From IMG/VR virus record IMGVR_UViG_3300040971_000174, positions 1 through 50,293 of that record: DNA of 50,293 nucleotides; one strand, written 5' to 3'. Below, piece after piece: positions 16,877 through 25,882 of the stretch. The DNA is from a virus. Its lineage: Duplodnaviria > Caudoviricetes. The stretch's first letter is position 1. Each line of letters begins with the position of its first letter. The notes beneath the pieces were generated by a model, which searched no databases, had not been told where the DNA came from, and was given only the letters and a program-made list of their open reading frames with translations. Both the position numbers and the translations under genes were made by a program.

Positions 16877-17834
16877 TTTGATCCTGGCCGCGGGCCTTTT
16901 CCTTCTTGCCGGCCTGACCGGATGCGGTGATGGGGCTTTCAGCCCGCCGACCGCAACCCCCACGCCGACCCCTGATCTTGGCGTCGGTGGCGCGGTAGTG
17001 CAGCTCCTCGAGCAGGAAGCATACATCCGCCTGACCGAACAGGCAATTGATAACCTGCGTATTGAAATGGGCGCAAGGATGACCGCAACGCAGATGGTGA
17101 TCGAAGCGACGGCCACACAACAGGCCCGCAGCGACTACGCCACTGCAACATCGGTCGCAGCGACTGCGACCCACCAGGTCTGGCAGGTAACCATCGAATC
17201 AGGACAGGCGCGCGATACTGCGACGGCTCAGGCCCAGGCAACCGAAACCGCCATCCACTACCAAAACGTGACGGCAACGGTTATCTCCGGCGCAACCGTG
17301 ACATCGACCTATAGCACCCAGATGGCCCCCATCTGGGACGCTGAGCGCCAGGCAATCGAGGCGCAGGCCGAGAAAGCGCAGATCGAACTGCGCCAGGCCC
17401 AGGCAACGGAAATTGTGGACGCCTGGTGGATATACGTTCTGGTCGCTGTTCTGGCGATCGCCTTCCTGTTCTACCTGTGGAAAAAATCGCAAGTCGGCGT
17501 GATCCTTGACGAGCGTGGCCGGCTGCGCCTGGTCATGATCGGGCAGACCGCTCTCAACCCGGACCTGATGTTTCGCCCGGTTATGGATTTTCGAGATGGT
17601 CAGATCCGCTCTCCGAGGCTGGACGTCACGGACGAAACTCAGATGCGGATCACGCATGAAGCAAAAATTGTTGATGCCATTTCGATGTTACCGCCGGCTG
17701 GCGGAGGTCAGGGCCTGAAGCTGGTCAGCAACATGACCGGCCAACCTGGCGGCGTCAATATTCAAGTTCTCCAGCCCGGGCAGCTTGGAGATATTCGGCG
17801 TGAACTCGACGCCAAATTGGAGGACGACGAATGA
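16851..17834 (+). CDS. Lipoprotein with Thr/Ala-rich helical stalk and internal TM helix
   Basis: Lipobox LTGC (Cys25), PTATPTPTP, ATAT repeats, TM WWIYVLVAVLAIAFLFYLW. Confidence 0.75.
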   Translation: MMNRRLFFSLILAAGLFLLAGLTGCGDGAFSPPTATPTPTPDLGVGGAVVQLLEQEAYIRLTEQAIDNLRIEMGARMTATQMVIEATATQQARSDYATATSVAATATHQVWQVTIESGQARDTATAQAQATETAIHYQNVTATVISGATVTSTYSTQMAPIWDAERQAIEAQAEKAQIELRQAQATEIVDAWWIYVLVAVLAIAFLFYLWKKSQVGVILDERGRLRLVMIGQTALNPDLMFRPVMDFRDGQIRSPRLDVTDETQMRITHEAKIVDAISMLPPAGGGQGLKLVSNMTGQPGGVNIQVLQPGQLGDIRRELDAKLEDDE

Positions 17835-19216
17835 CAAGGGACTACTACAACGAAGCCATCGCGGTAGCCGAAACCCTGGTCTCCGTGATGACACAAGATT
17901 TGCATCTGCAAGCGCCGACGCAATACTTTCTCGACCCCGCCGGGGAGAGAGTCTGGTTGATTGCCATACTTGACCCGAAAGCCCTGGGTGGGCAGATCTC
18001 CGCTTATACCCGGCCTCAGACCCTGCACCAGCTCTCGACCGCCCTGGGCGGCCGTCCTGTTATCCTGAGCAACCACACCGGTTTGCGGTACGGCATCCTG
18101 ATGAGCGAGAAGCCCAAACTTCCGCTCTCAGTTTTGTATCCCGAGGATGTGCCGACCGGCGTGGTTCCCCTGGGGCGCACGCTCAATGGTGTGTTGCATC
18201 CCCAGGCCTCGCGGCTGATGAATGTTCTGGTAGGCGGCGAACAGGGAAGCGGCAAGAGCACTCTTCTGCACCTGTTCGCTTATGCGGCCTTTCAAAACGG
18301 CTGGCAAACCTATGCCGCAGATCCGCGCTCGATGACGTTTGACGATACCTGGAACGGAGTCCTGCGCGCGCCTGTGGCAGACAAGGCCGAGGGCGTCTTT
18401 GACATCCTGGATGTTATCGACCGCGAGATGGAGCGCAGGGCGGCCTTGTTCCGCTCTGTGCGCGAGAACAGACTGCCGGCAGGAAGCGTCGATGCCTACA
18501 ACGCGATGGTCGAGAGCGCCGACAGGCTTCCGCGCATATTCTTTTTGGTGGATGAGGCCAATACCTTTCTCGCCAACGATAAGCTGCGCAAACGGGTCGA
18601 GGATCTCTCGCGGCAGCCGCGCAAGTTCGGTATTCACTTCATCCTGGCCGGCCACAACTGGCGCGATGCTGATGTCCCCCGCGGACTGTCGGCGAACTTC
18701 CACACGCGCATCAGTCTGCGAGTTGCCGACGATACCAGCGGGCGGGTTGTCCTGAATAACCCGCGCTGGGGCAAGGCAATGATGAAGGTCACGCAGCCCG
18801 GGCGTGCAGTTGTATTCCTGGATGGTCGCTTTGCCCGTACCCAGTTTTATAAGCTGGACGAGGGGCGCATTATCCCAATGCTCCTGACCGGTTCCGGCCC
18901 CGCTGCTGCGCTGAGTGACAAAGAGCGTCAGTTGGGCGAGCGCGCGCTGCGCGAAACGGATGGCAAGGTTAGCCGGGAAGTTCTAACGGGTTGGGGTATT
19001 GGGCGCTCGGAAGCCGACCGGATCATGGAACGCTGGACGACACGCGGGTGGGCCGAAAAGGACCCGCAGCGCGCCAACGCAACCTATCTGACGTCAATAT
19101 TGCGTGATTTGCTGCGCAACCCCGCAGCCCCCGCAACCCCCCGCAACCGCCCCGCAACCCCAGCAGCCGGCTACGCAGCCCCCGCAACCGGTACTCTTAG
19201 CCCTGAGGCGGCCTAA
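17831..19216 (+). CDS. FtsK/SpoIIIE (TraB-like) ATPase with C-terminal winged helix
   Basis: Walker A GEQGSGKS, IDREMERR, Walker B FFLVDEA, RKFGIHFIL, PGRAV; gamma-like GIGRSEADRIMERWTTRGWAE. Confidence 0.88.
   Translation: MTRDYYNEAIAVAETLVSVMTQDLHLQAPTQYFLDPAGERVWLIAILDPKALGGQISAYTRPQTLHQLSTALGGRPVILSNHTGLRYGILMSEKPKLPLSVLYPEDVPTGVVPLGRTLNGVLHPQASRLMNVLVGGEQGSGKSTLLHLFAYAAFQNGWQTYAADPRSMTFDDTWNGVLRAPVADKAEGVFDILDVIDREMERRAALFRSVRENRLPAGSVDAYNAMVESADRLPRIFFLVDEANTFLANDKLRKRVEDLSRQPRKFGIHFILAGHNWRDADVPRGLSANFHTRISLRVADDTSGRVVLNNPRWGKAMMKVTQPGRAVVFLDGRFARTQFYKLDEGRIIPMLLTGSGPAAALSDKERQLGERALRETDGKVSREVLTGWGIGRSEADRIMERWTTRGWAEKDPQRANATYLTSILRDLLRNPAAPATPRNRPATPAAGYAAPATGTLSPEAA
19078..19189 (+). 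repeat. Cluster of CGCARCC direct repeats (clt/TRS-like)
   Basis: Copies start at 19078, 19115, 19123, 19132, 19142, 19153, 19162 (AGCAGCC), 19174 and 19183. Confidence 0.8.
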
Positions 19217-19217
19217 T

Positions 19218-19754
19218 ATGGCAAGCGGGCATACTCACAACGCATACAACACGGGATTGTTTCTCGCGACGATGTTCGCCGGCCTGGCCGGCGGCATCCC
19301 CGCGGACAAGGTCGCTGCACTGAGTCTCGGCGTCTCTGTCGGCTTTTTGGTAAATCCAGACCTGGACGTGGAAAGCGGCAGTATCGCTTTCTACAACGCC
19401 CGGCGCACGGCTGGCGGGTTGTTTGGCCTGGCCTGGCGCATCATCTGGTGGCCATACGCCAAGGTCGTCCCGCACCGATCCCCGCTTTCTCACTTTCCCG
19501 TTTTGGGAACTCTCATACGTGTGAGCTACCTCGGCCTGTTGATGTGGCCGGCCTGGCCTTTTATTCCCTGGGGCGCTGTTCTGCCCTGGCTGGGGCCGGC
19601 CCTGCTGGGCCTGGTGCTCTCCGACACCGTTCACTGGATACTCGACATGAAAACTTTCAAGGTCTTCGTAATGTGGGGGCGCGCCGTCTTTTGGTTCGCG
19701 CTCCTGCCCATGCTGCTGGGCCTGCTGGCCTGGTGGCTTCTGGCGGGAAGATGA
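19218..19754 (+). CDS. DUF2227-like metal-binding membrane protein
   Basis: MASGHTH, NPDLD, PHRSPLSH, SDTVHWILD. Confidence 0.8.
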   Translation: MASGHTHNAYNTGLFLATMFAGLAGGIPADKVAALSLGVSVGFLVNPDLDVESGSIAFYNARRTAGGLFGLAWRIIWWPYAKVVPHRSPLSHFPVLGTLIRVSYLGLLMWPAWPFIPWGAVLPWLGPALLGLVLSDTVHWILDMKTFKVFVMWGRAVFWFALLPMLLGLLAWWLLAGR

Positions 19755-19837
19755 TCACATTTGCGATATTTTTCTCACTTCCGTTTGTTGTCTTGATGGC
19801 CGTGCTGATCGCAGCCGACCTGAGAAAGGCGAAATAG
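19751..19837 (+). CDS. 28-aa single-TM peptide
   Basis: ATGA overlap; MITFAIFFSLPFVVLMAVLIAADLRKAK. Confidence 0.5.
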   Translation: MITFAIFFSLPFVVLMAVLIAADLRKAK

Positions 19838-19839
19838 CT

Positions 19840-20190
19840 ATGGGACAAACTCAATTGTTTCTCGACACGCTGATTTTGCGCCGGCACGAACTCAAGATGA
19901 GCCAAAGCGCTCTCGCCAAATTGGCCGGCGTCTCTCGCAATTACATCAGCCAGATCGAGCGCGGACAGATCGACGGCGTTTCGTTCAAGGTCTTCGGGCG
20001 TGTTTGCGGCGCCCTAAAGTTGACTTTCAGGATGCTGGCTGTGAAGTACGAAGATTACAGGCCGACGCCGGTGCCAAAGCAGGTCGATGCGCCCGAGTTC
20101 CCGTACTGCAAGTGCGATGTCTTCAAGCCGAATCACCTGCGCATCGAGCCGACTTGCGCTTTCTGCGATAAGCCATTGGGCGCCGACTGA
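19840..20190 (+). CDS. XRE HTH regulator with C-terminal Cys motif
   Basis: SQSALAKLAGVSRNYISQIERG; CKC...CAFC. Confidence 0.85.
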   Translation: MGQTQLFLDTLILRRHELKMSQSALAKLAGVSRNYISQIERGQIDGVSFKVFGRVCGALKLTFRMLAVKYEDYRPTPVPKQVDAPEFPYCKCDVFKPNHLRIEPTCAFCDKPLGAD

Positions 20191-20205
20191 GTAAAGGAGT
20201 CTTTT

Positions 20206-20673
20206 ATGCCAGAACGAATACAGCGCAAAAGAACACGCGGCTGGAAGATGCCGCCAAACACAGTTTATGTCGGCCGACCGTCGAAGTGGGGGAACCCCTA
20301 TCACATCGGCCAAAACTACATCGATAAAGTTATCGAAAATGACGAAGTTGTTGAACATTCATGGGATAGCATTGACGCAAAAACAGCCATTGCGTTTTAC
20401 GAAGAAGCCATTACGAAAAAATATCCAGCCGTAAAAATCACTGTTGAAGAAATCATCGCAGAATTGCGCGGGAAAAATCTTGCGTGCTGGTGCCCGCTGG
20501 ATAAGCCCTGCCATGCAGATGTGTTGCTACGGCTGGCGGCCTTGCCGGGAGAAGCTGTTCATAAGGCTGGCGAGTTTTGTCTCGGCGACCATCCCGGATG
20601 CTACGAAAGCATTATCAGGCGGGGCCATTGCCATAGTTGCGGAAAACCGTTTCGAGTAAGAGCGGCCGACTGA
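20206..20673 (+). CDS. DUF4326-family protein
   Basis: VYVGRPSKWGNPY...LRGKNLACWCPLDKPCHADVL. Confidence 0.85.
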   Translation: MPERIQRKRTRGWKMPPNTVYVGRPSKWGNPYHIGQNYIDKVIENDEVVEHSWDSIDAKTAIAFYEEAITKKYPAVKITVEEIIAELRGKNLACWCPLDKPCHADVLLRLAALPGEAVHKAGEFCLGDHPGCYESIIRRGHCHSCGKPFRVRAAD

Positions 20674-20681
20674 GAGGAAAA

Positions 20682-21077
20682 ATGAAACCTGAAAAACTTT
20701 TAGCAATAGCCAGACTCGCCTTGATGAACATAGCTGACGCGCGAGACGGTATCGACGGCATGGAAGAGTTAGATTTTTGCGAAAGAGTCGGCTTAGAAGA
20801 CGAATATTTCAAAATGGAAGATTGGCGAAAATTATTTCTCGAGAACTACAAGCTGCCATCCGAAGATGAACCGACAACCAGCCAGAGCGCGAAACCTGAA
20901 AAAAGATACACAACTAAGGCGCTAATTGAACGGCTGAATAACGCTCTTGAAAATGGCTACGAGGAACTCGGCGAAACCGACATCGGCGATCTTTTGCTCG
21001 AGACCGAACAAGAATCGCTTTGTCCCCATTGCGATGCGAGTCCGTGTTTGGGCGAGTTCGACTCGAGTGACTGTTAA
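20682..21077 (+). CDS. Acidic hypothetical protein
   Basis: RBS GAGGA before ATG 20682. Confidence 0.6.
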   Translation: MKPEKLLAIARLALMNIADARDGIDGMEELDFCERVGLEDEYFKMEDWRKLFLENYKLPSEDEPTTSQSAKPEKRYTTKALIERLNNALENGYEELGETDIGDLLLETEQESLCPHCDASPCLGEFDSSDC

Positions 21078-21109
21078 TCGAGAAGCCGCCAACGTGAAAA
21101 GGAGCATCC

Positions 21110-21628
21110 ATGCTAACCATCTCGCAAAGAGCAGAGCGCGCCGCGAGGCGCAAAAACAAAAAGATTGCGCATGATTTCCCCTTGCTGGCTGAGCAGCTCG
21201 CGGTCACCGTGGAAAGCCAGGTTGCCCGGCTTCAAAAGCAGGACGAAGACAACGTTGCATACGAGGAGCGGCTACAGGTCGGCAATCAGCGCGCATGGGA
21301 AAGGGCTATTGTCTGCAAGATCGTTGCGCGGGAGTTTCTCCCGGCTGAACTCTTCGAGAGTTACGAAGCCCGCTATCAGCGGATATACGGACATCGAAGC
21401 TATGAATATGCCGGCCACGCCACTGCCGACTGGTGGTGGTGCGCCCTACGCGACAACGATGTAACTTGGGCACACGAGCATTGCCCGAATGCTGTATTTC
21501 ACAATTCGGAACCATACCAACAGGCCGGCCAGTGCCCCACGTGTAAACGCAAGCTGACACCACTTGCGGCGAAAAAACAGCAGGAAGCCCCCTTGCAGCT
21601 TTCTTTCATCCATCCAGACTCGTCATAG
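21110..21628 (+). CDS. Hypothetical protein with C-terminal His/Cys motif
   Basis: RBS AAGGAG; HCPN...H...CPTC. Confidence 0.7.
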   Translation: MLTISQRAERAARRKNKKIAHDFPLLAEQLAVTVESQVARLQKQDEDNVAYEERLQVGNQRAWERAIVCKIVAREFLPAELFESYEARYQRIYGHRSYEYAGHATADWWWCALRDNDVTWAHEHCPNAVFHNSEPYQQAGQCPTCKRKLTPLAAKKQQEAPLQLSFIHPDSS

Positions 21629-21654
21629 ACAAGAGTAAGACTAAAAAGGCGCAA

Positions 21655-22476
21655 ATGAAAATCATTATCAATAAACTACTTACCTTCAAAAACTTCCTGT
21701 GGCTCGTGTACGTCGGCGTGCTCGTCGTCGTCACGCCCCATACCCAGTGGATGTTCGCCCAGCTGGAACCGCCCGAACTCCCTGGCCTTTCCTGGGTTAT
21801 CGCCATCGTGACCGAGGCCGCGATCTTCGGCCTGACGCACATGCTGGTTAAACACATCGCCGCGAGGAAGCTGACAACCTTCAACTTCGAACGGAAACGG
21901 CTCGAAGCCGGTCGGCTCTCCAAATACTTCACGTTCTGGCCGGTCTTCCGCTACCGCTGGCTCAACGTCTATAGCCTGGGCCTGGCCCTGTTCGTGCTGA
22001 TCTCTGGCGTGGCGAACCTGACCCACGCGTTCGAGTACGGTCGGCCCCCCAGGGCCGTCGGCGAATGGGGCATCCCGTTCGCCTGGTACACGCTCATGTT
22101 CGGGGCAGCGCTCCCGGTCATGAACCTGCTGTTCGCCGCGGTGCTGGCTCAGGTGGATGACCACGAACAACAGGCCGACCCCGAACTCGAGAAGGCGAAA
22201 GCCGAGCGACGCGAGGCCGAAAAGCGCGCAAAGGAACTCGAACGGTTGCTGGCCGACAGCGAACGCCGGCTCGACGAGAGCGAAAAGCGCTACCGTGCCA
22301 TTGGTGACATTGTTGTCTACCTGTTCGGGACCGAGCGCGCTCTTGAAGAACGTATTCATTACGTGCGAAAGACATTTCCGCAACTATCGCAGAATGGCAT
22401 CAGTCAACTACTTGGCTGTTCGGTCTCAACCGTCAACAAGTATGTTGTCGAGAACGAGGAGATAGTCAATGTCTAA
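21655..22476 (+). CDS. 4-TM, coiled-coil and C-terminal HTH protein (SpdB/DUF2637-like architecture)
   Basis: Four TM helices, charged coil KAKAERREAEKRAKELER, HTH LSQNGISQLLGCSVSTVNKY. Confidence 0.7.
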   Translation: MKIIINKLLTFKNFLWLVYVGVLVVVTPHTQWMFAQLEPPELPGLSWVIAIVTEAAIFGLTHMLVKHIAARKLTTFNFERKRLEAGRLSKYFTFWPVFRYRWLNVYSLGLALFVLISGVANLTHAFEYGRPPRAVGEWGIPFAWYTLMFGAALPVMNLLFAAVLAQVDDHEQQADPELEKAKAERREAEKRAKELERLLADSERRLDESEKRYRAIGDIVVYLFGTERALEERIHYVRKTFPQLSQNGISQLLGCSVSTVNKYVVENEEIVNV

Positions 22477-22957
22477 ACCACGCTTTGCAGAAGATGCCAA
22501 CTATTTCGACACGACCGTCCACCCGGCCAAGTCACTCGGCGAGATACAAGAGATGCTCGACGACTTCGGGGCTGAAAACGTGATGGTTGTTCAGGGACAC
22601 ACCGGCGGAAAAGTCGCCTGGTTGATCCGCTTCATGTGGCTTGGGAAGCCGTACCGCTTCATGTTCACGCCCCTGGAATGTCGCACGCCTGGCAATCAGC
22701 GCACCGTCGGCGGGAAAAAGATCACCAACGCTGATCGCGCAAAGTACCAGATGGGACGGATCGCCGTGTACTTCGTGAAGGCGATCTTGACCGCAGCCGA
22801 AGCCCATCCGCACGCGCTGTTTGGTTTTATGGAGCTGAGCGTCGGCCAGGCTGCCGGCCAGCTCCCGCCGACGGCCGGCGAACTGAACGTTGACGGCCTG
22901 GTCAAGGCCTTGCCCGAGATCAATATGCCACAACTGCTGATCGGAGAAATCGTATGA
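22469..22957 (+). CDS. Conserved hypothetical phage protein
   Basis: TTVHPAKSLGEIQEMLDDFGA motif; overlap-coupled to the previous gene. Confidence 0.7.
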   Translation: MSKPRFAEDANYFDTTVHPAKSLGEIQEMLDDFGAENVMVVQGHTGGKVAWLIRFMWLGKPYRFMFTPLECRTPGNQRTVGGKKITNADRAKYQMGRIAVYFVKAILTAAEAHPHALFGFMELSVGQAAGQLPPTAGELNVDGLVKALPEINMPQLLIGEIV

Positions 22958-23121
22958 AGATGCTTTTGCTTACGCTCTGCGCCGGCCTGCCGGCAACCAT
23001 GAACCCGATCACGGCCATCCTGCTCGTCGGCCTGATCATCATCCTGATGCTGGCCGGCTTCGGCGTTCTGATCGTGGTCGGCACGCTCGCCGACTGGATC
23101 AGCGAGGAGTGCAAACGATGA
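22954..23121 (+). CDS. 55-aa membrane peptide
   Basis: ATGA overlaps at both ends; hydrophobic. Confidence 0.6.
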   Translation: MKMLLLTLCAGLPATMNPITAILLVGLIIILMLAGFGVLIVVGTLADWISEECKR

Positions 23122-23579
23122 GCCGCTACGAAGATCAGATCGGCAAGGCCGGCCAGGAGCACGCGGCTGCTGCGCTGAGCCGGCTGGGCGTCAGACAAGT
23201 AGAGAAGATTGGCACGCCCGTCAAGATCATCCCGCGCGGCAAGTTTGGCAACCAGACCACCTACCAGGTGATCTGGGGAGAGAAGGTCGCCGGCGATCAC
23301 CACGGTATTCTGCCCGGCGGGCGCGCCGTGCTCGCCGAAACGAAAACCATAATGGACCGCAACTTACAGTGGTCCGACATGCGCCCCCACCAGCCCGAGG
23401 CGCTCAGCCGGCACGCCGACCTGGGTGGCCTGGCGCTCCTGGTCTGGGTGCATTCGAGCGGGATCCATACCATGCTATGGCCCGTGCCTGGCTTTAGCCC
23501 TGGCAAGTCGGTTTCCCCCGAGAAGGCCGCGGCCCTGTCGGCCATTCTGGAAGGCGTTATGTTGGAGGTGGTGAGATGA
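23118..23579 (+). CDS. RecU-like Holliday junction resolvase (PD-(D/E)xK)
   Basis: GDHHGI...AVLAETKT...RPHQPEAL...GGLALL. Confidence 0.7.
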   Translation: MSRYEDQIGKAGQEHAAAALSRLGVRQVEKIGTPVKIIPRGKFGNQTTYQVIWGEKVAGDHHGILPGGRAVLAETKTIMDRNLQWSDMRPHQPEALSRHADLGGLALLVWVHSSGIHTMLWPVPGFSPGKSVSPEKAAALSAILEGVMLEVVR

Positions 23580-24025
23580 GTGAACTGGATAAGTTTATTA
23601 GGCATGGGCCTCGTTGCCTTGCCGGACTGTATTCGACGATAGGCAGGTGCAGTTGCGGCGCGCAAGATGCGATCGATGAACTTGCCGACCTGAGAAAAGC
23701 CCTGCTGTTTCATCCGCGGGCGGCGAAGCTGATGCTGAAACAGAAAAATTTCGTCGCTGTCGCCATTGACGAACCTTACTTCGCCGACGTTTACGGAATG
23801 ATCCGGGAAAGCGAAAAACAAAAGGGGAGTTGGACCGGTGAAGATGAGCAGCTTTGGCGCGACGCTCTTTATCGCGTTGGCGTAGACCCGGATCGCGTGC
23901 AAGGGATTCGAGATGTAGTCGGCGCTCTCTTGGAATACCGGCGCGCCAACACGATTAACTTCCAACTCGAAAAGCTTGACGACTTTCTCCGAGAACTGCG
24001 CGAACTTATGGAGAAGCAACCATGA
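23576..24025 (+). CDS. Hypothetical protein
   Basis: ATGA-coupled; RBS GGAGG. Confidence 0.7.
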   Translation: MSELDKFIRHGPRCLAGLYSTIGRCSCGAQDAIDELADLRKALLFHPRAAKLMLKQKNFVAVAIDEPYFADVYGMIRESEKQKGSWTGEDEQLWRDALYRVGVDPDRVQGIRDVVGALLEYRRANTINFQLEKLDDFLRELRELMEKQP

Positions 24026-24561
24026 CTGATCTTTACTGCGATGGCGGAGTTATCGGAGCCAACCCCAGCCTGATTGGCGGCACCTGGGCATTCTGCATCG
24101 TCGAAGCCGGCGTGCGCGTTCTCGAGCGCTCGAATGTATTCGTTCCAGAAGAAGGCCTGCCGGAGATCACCAGCAACTTTACCGAGATGCTCGCGCTCGT
24201 GAGCGGGCTGCGGGCACTGCCTACGGGCTGGGCCGGCACGGTCTACAGCGACTCACAGATCACACTCGGACGCGCCTTCGATGGCTGGAAGTGGACCAAT
24301 ATCCCCGATTGGCTGCGTCACGACTACGAAAGAGCGCGCATGCGCCTCGACTGGGCGAACATCAAGCATGTGCTGGTGCAGGGCCACCCCACGAAAGCGG
24401 AGCTGGCCGCTGGCATCGGGGCGTCTGGCCGACCGGTCTCAGAGCATAACGTATGGTGCGATAAGGCCTGCGGTGCAAAAGGAAAGTGGTACCTGGAACT
24501 ACAGAACGAATGCGAGGTGAAGTATGAGCGAAGTAATTTGCCCAACTTGCAAGCATCCTGA
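24022..24561 (+). CDS. Ribonuclease H-like protein
   Basis: LYCDGG, TSNFTEMLAL, VYSDSQ, QGH and HNVWCD give the DEDD tetrad. Confidence 0.85.
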   Translation: MTDLYCDGGVIGANPSLIGGTWAFCIVEAGVRVLERSNVFVPEEGLPEITSNFTEMLALVSGLRALPTGWAGTVYSDSQITLGRAFDGWKWTNIPDWLRHDYERARMRLDWANIKHVLVQGHPTKAELAAGIGASGRPVSEHNVWCDKACGAKGKWYLELQNECEVKYERSNLPNLQAS

Positions 24562-24868
24562 CGACAAACATAGCTTTGGCGGGTGCCTGCAAGCTATATC
24601 ACGCGTCGGCGTGCCGCTGCGCCAGGTTTGCCCATGCAGGGAAACGCCGGAAGCGATCCGGGATCAGGCCCTGGGGGCCGAGCTGGTCGCAAAGTGGAAG
24701 CGCGGCCAGGCCGAAGAACTCGCCGGCGCACTGGTGGAGAACGTGGATGTCGAGTTCGATGAGCTCGACATCCGGAGCATGGCCGACCCGATCCTGTTCT
24801 CGTACCTGGAGAACCTGGGCTATGAATGGGCCGACGGGAGCTGGTCACGGATCGGAGAGCTGCCATGA
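24524..24868 (+). CDS. Hypothetical protein with Cys/His N-terminus
   Basis: CPTCKH...H...C...CPC. Confidence 0.6.
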   Translation: MSEVICPTCKHPDDKHSFGGCLQAISRVGVPLRQVCPCRETPEAIRDQALGAELVAKWKRGQAEELAGALVENVDVEFDELDIRSMADPILFSYLENLGYEWADGSWSRIGELP

Positions 24869-25608
24869 GCTACCCAGGCGGCAAAGGCGGCTCGGGCGTT
24901 GCCCAGGCCATTATCAATCAGATCCCGCCGCATCGCATCTACGTCGAAGGCTTCCTTGGTTCAGGAACGGTGCTGCGCACAAAGCGCCCTGCTGAGATGA
25001 GCGTCGGCATTGAAGCCGACGCCGACATTGTTTCGCGCTGGGTGGCCAGCCCCGCCCAATCTGATGGTACTGCACCTCGCTGGCAACTTCCGCCCTCGAG
25101 CACCGTCGTTTGTGGCGATGCGATATCATGGCTGGCTTACGCAAACTGGCACGGCGACGAGTTCGTTTATCTCGACCCGCCGTACCTGTTCGATGCGCGC
25201 TCGAGCAAATCCCCCATCTACAAGCACGAATACGGCACCGTCTCAGAGCACCTGGTGCTGCTTTCTCTGATCAAGACCCTACCGGTGAACGTGGCCATCT
25301 CCGGCTATTACTCCGATCTGTACGCGCAGAACCTGGCCGGCTGGCGCACGATCACCTTCAACACCGTCGATCGGGCCGGCAACATCAAGCAGGAATGGCT
25401 TTGGATGAACTATCCGGAGCCGACTGAGCTGCATGATTACCGATTCCTGGGCAAGGACTACCGGCAGAGGGAGCGCCTCGCGAAGATGCGCCGACGGTGG
25501 GTTGCCAGGCTAGCGCAGATGCCCCAGCTCGAGCGGCTCATGTTGTCGGCGGCCATCGCTGAGAACGGGGTGGCCAGCACCACCGCGGCCGGCGATAGGC
25601 GCCGGTGA
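24865..25608 (+). CDS. Dam-like (D12 class) DNA adenine methyltransferase
   Basis: YPGGK, YVEGFLGSG, YLDPPY, ISGY, EWLWMNY; extra basic C-terminal helices. Confidence 0.9.
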   Translation: MSYPGGKGGSGVAQAIINQIPPHRIYVEGFLGSGTVLRTKRPAEMSVGIEADADIVSRWVASPAQSDGTAPRWQLPPSSTVVCGDAISWLAYANWHGDEFVYLDPPYLFDARSSKSPIYKHEYGTVSEHLVLLSLIKTLPVNVAISGYYSDLYAQNLAGWRTITFNTVDRAGNIKQEWLWMNYPEPTELHDYRFLGKDYRQRERLAKMRRRWVARLAQMPQLERLMLSAAIAENGVASTTAAGDRRR

Positions 25609-25857
25609 TCATATCGCCACAGATGGCGGTACTTCAGGTAAAGCGGCTGCCGACCACGCCGGGAATGATGGTGCACGATCGGAAGCGGCCGGCAGCGCCA
25701 TTTCTGTTGGTGCAACCAGGTAAGGCCTGCCCCGTCATAAATGGTGGTGCATCCGGAGCGGTCCATACCGCCAAGAGTGGTGGTATGGACCGGGATCCTA
25801 TCAACATAAATGGTGGTGCGAGATCCACGGCCAGCTCGCACCACCGGAAACATCGGT
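25555..25857. repeat. Array of 18-bp imperfect palindromes, consensus AYCGCC-N6-GGYGRT
   Basis: Nine copies starting at 25555, 25579, 25613, 25655, 25694, 25731, 25767, 25800 and 25840. Two more lie in the MTase gene at 25051 and 25102. Confidence 0.7.
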
Positions 25858-25882
25858 ATCGACGACGAAAGAAAAGGAAACT

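Noticed and set aside
16950-17320. ACN-GCN repeats in the lipoprotein gene
   Set aside because: In-frame Thr/Ala/Pro low-complexity peptide repeats, not a DNA element.
25555-25857. CRISPR array interpretation of the palindrome array
   Set aside because: The repeats are only 18 bp and highly degenerate, the spacers are 6-24 nt, and there are no cas genes or leader.
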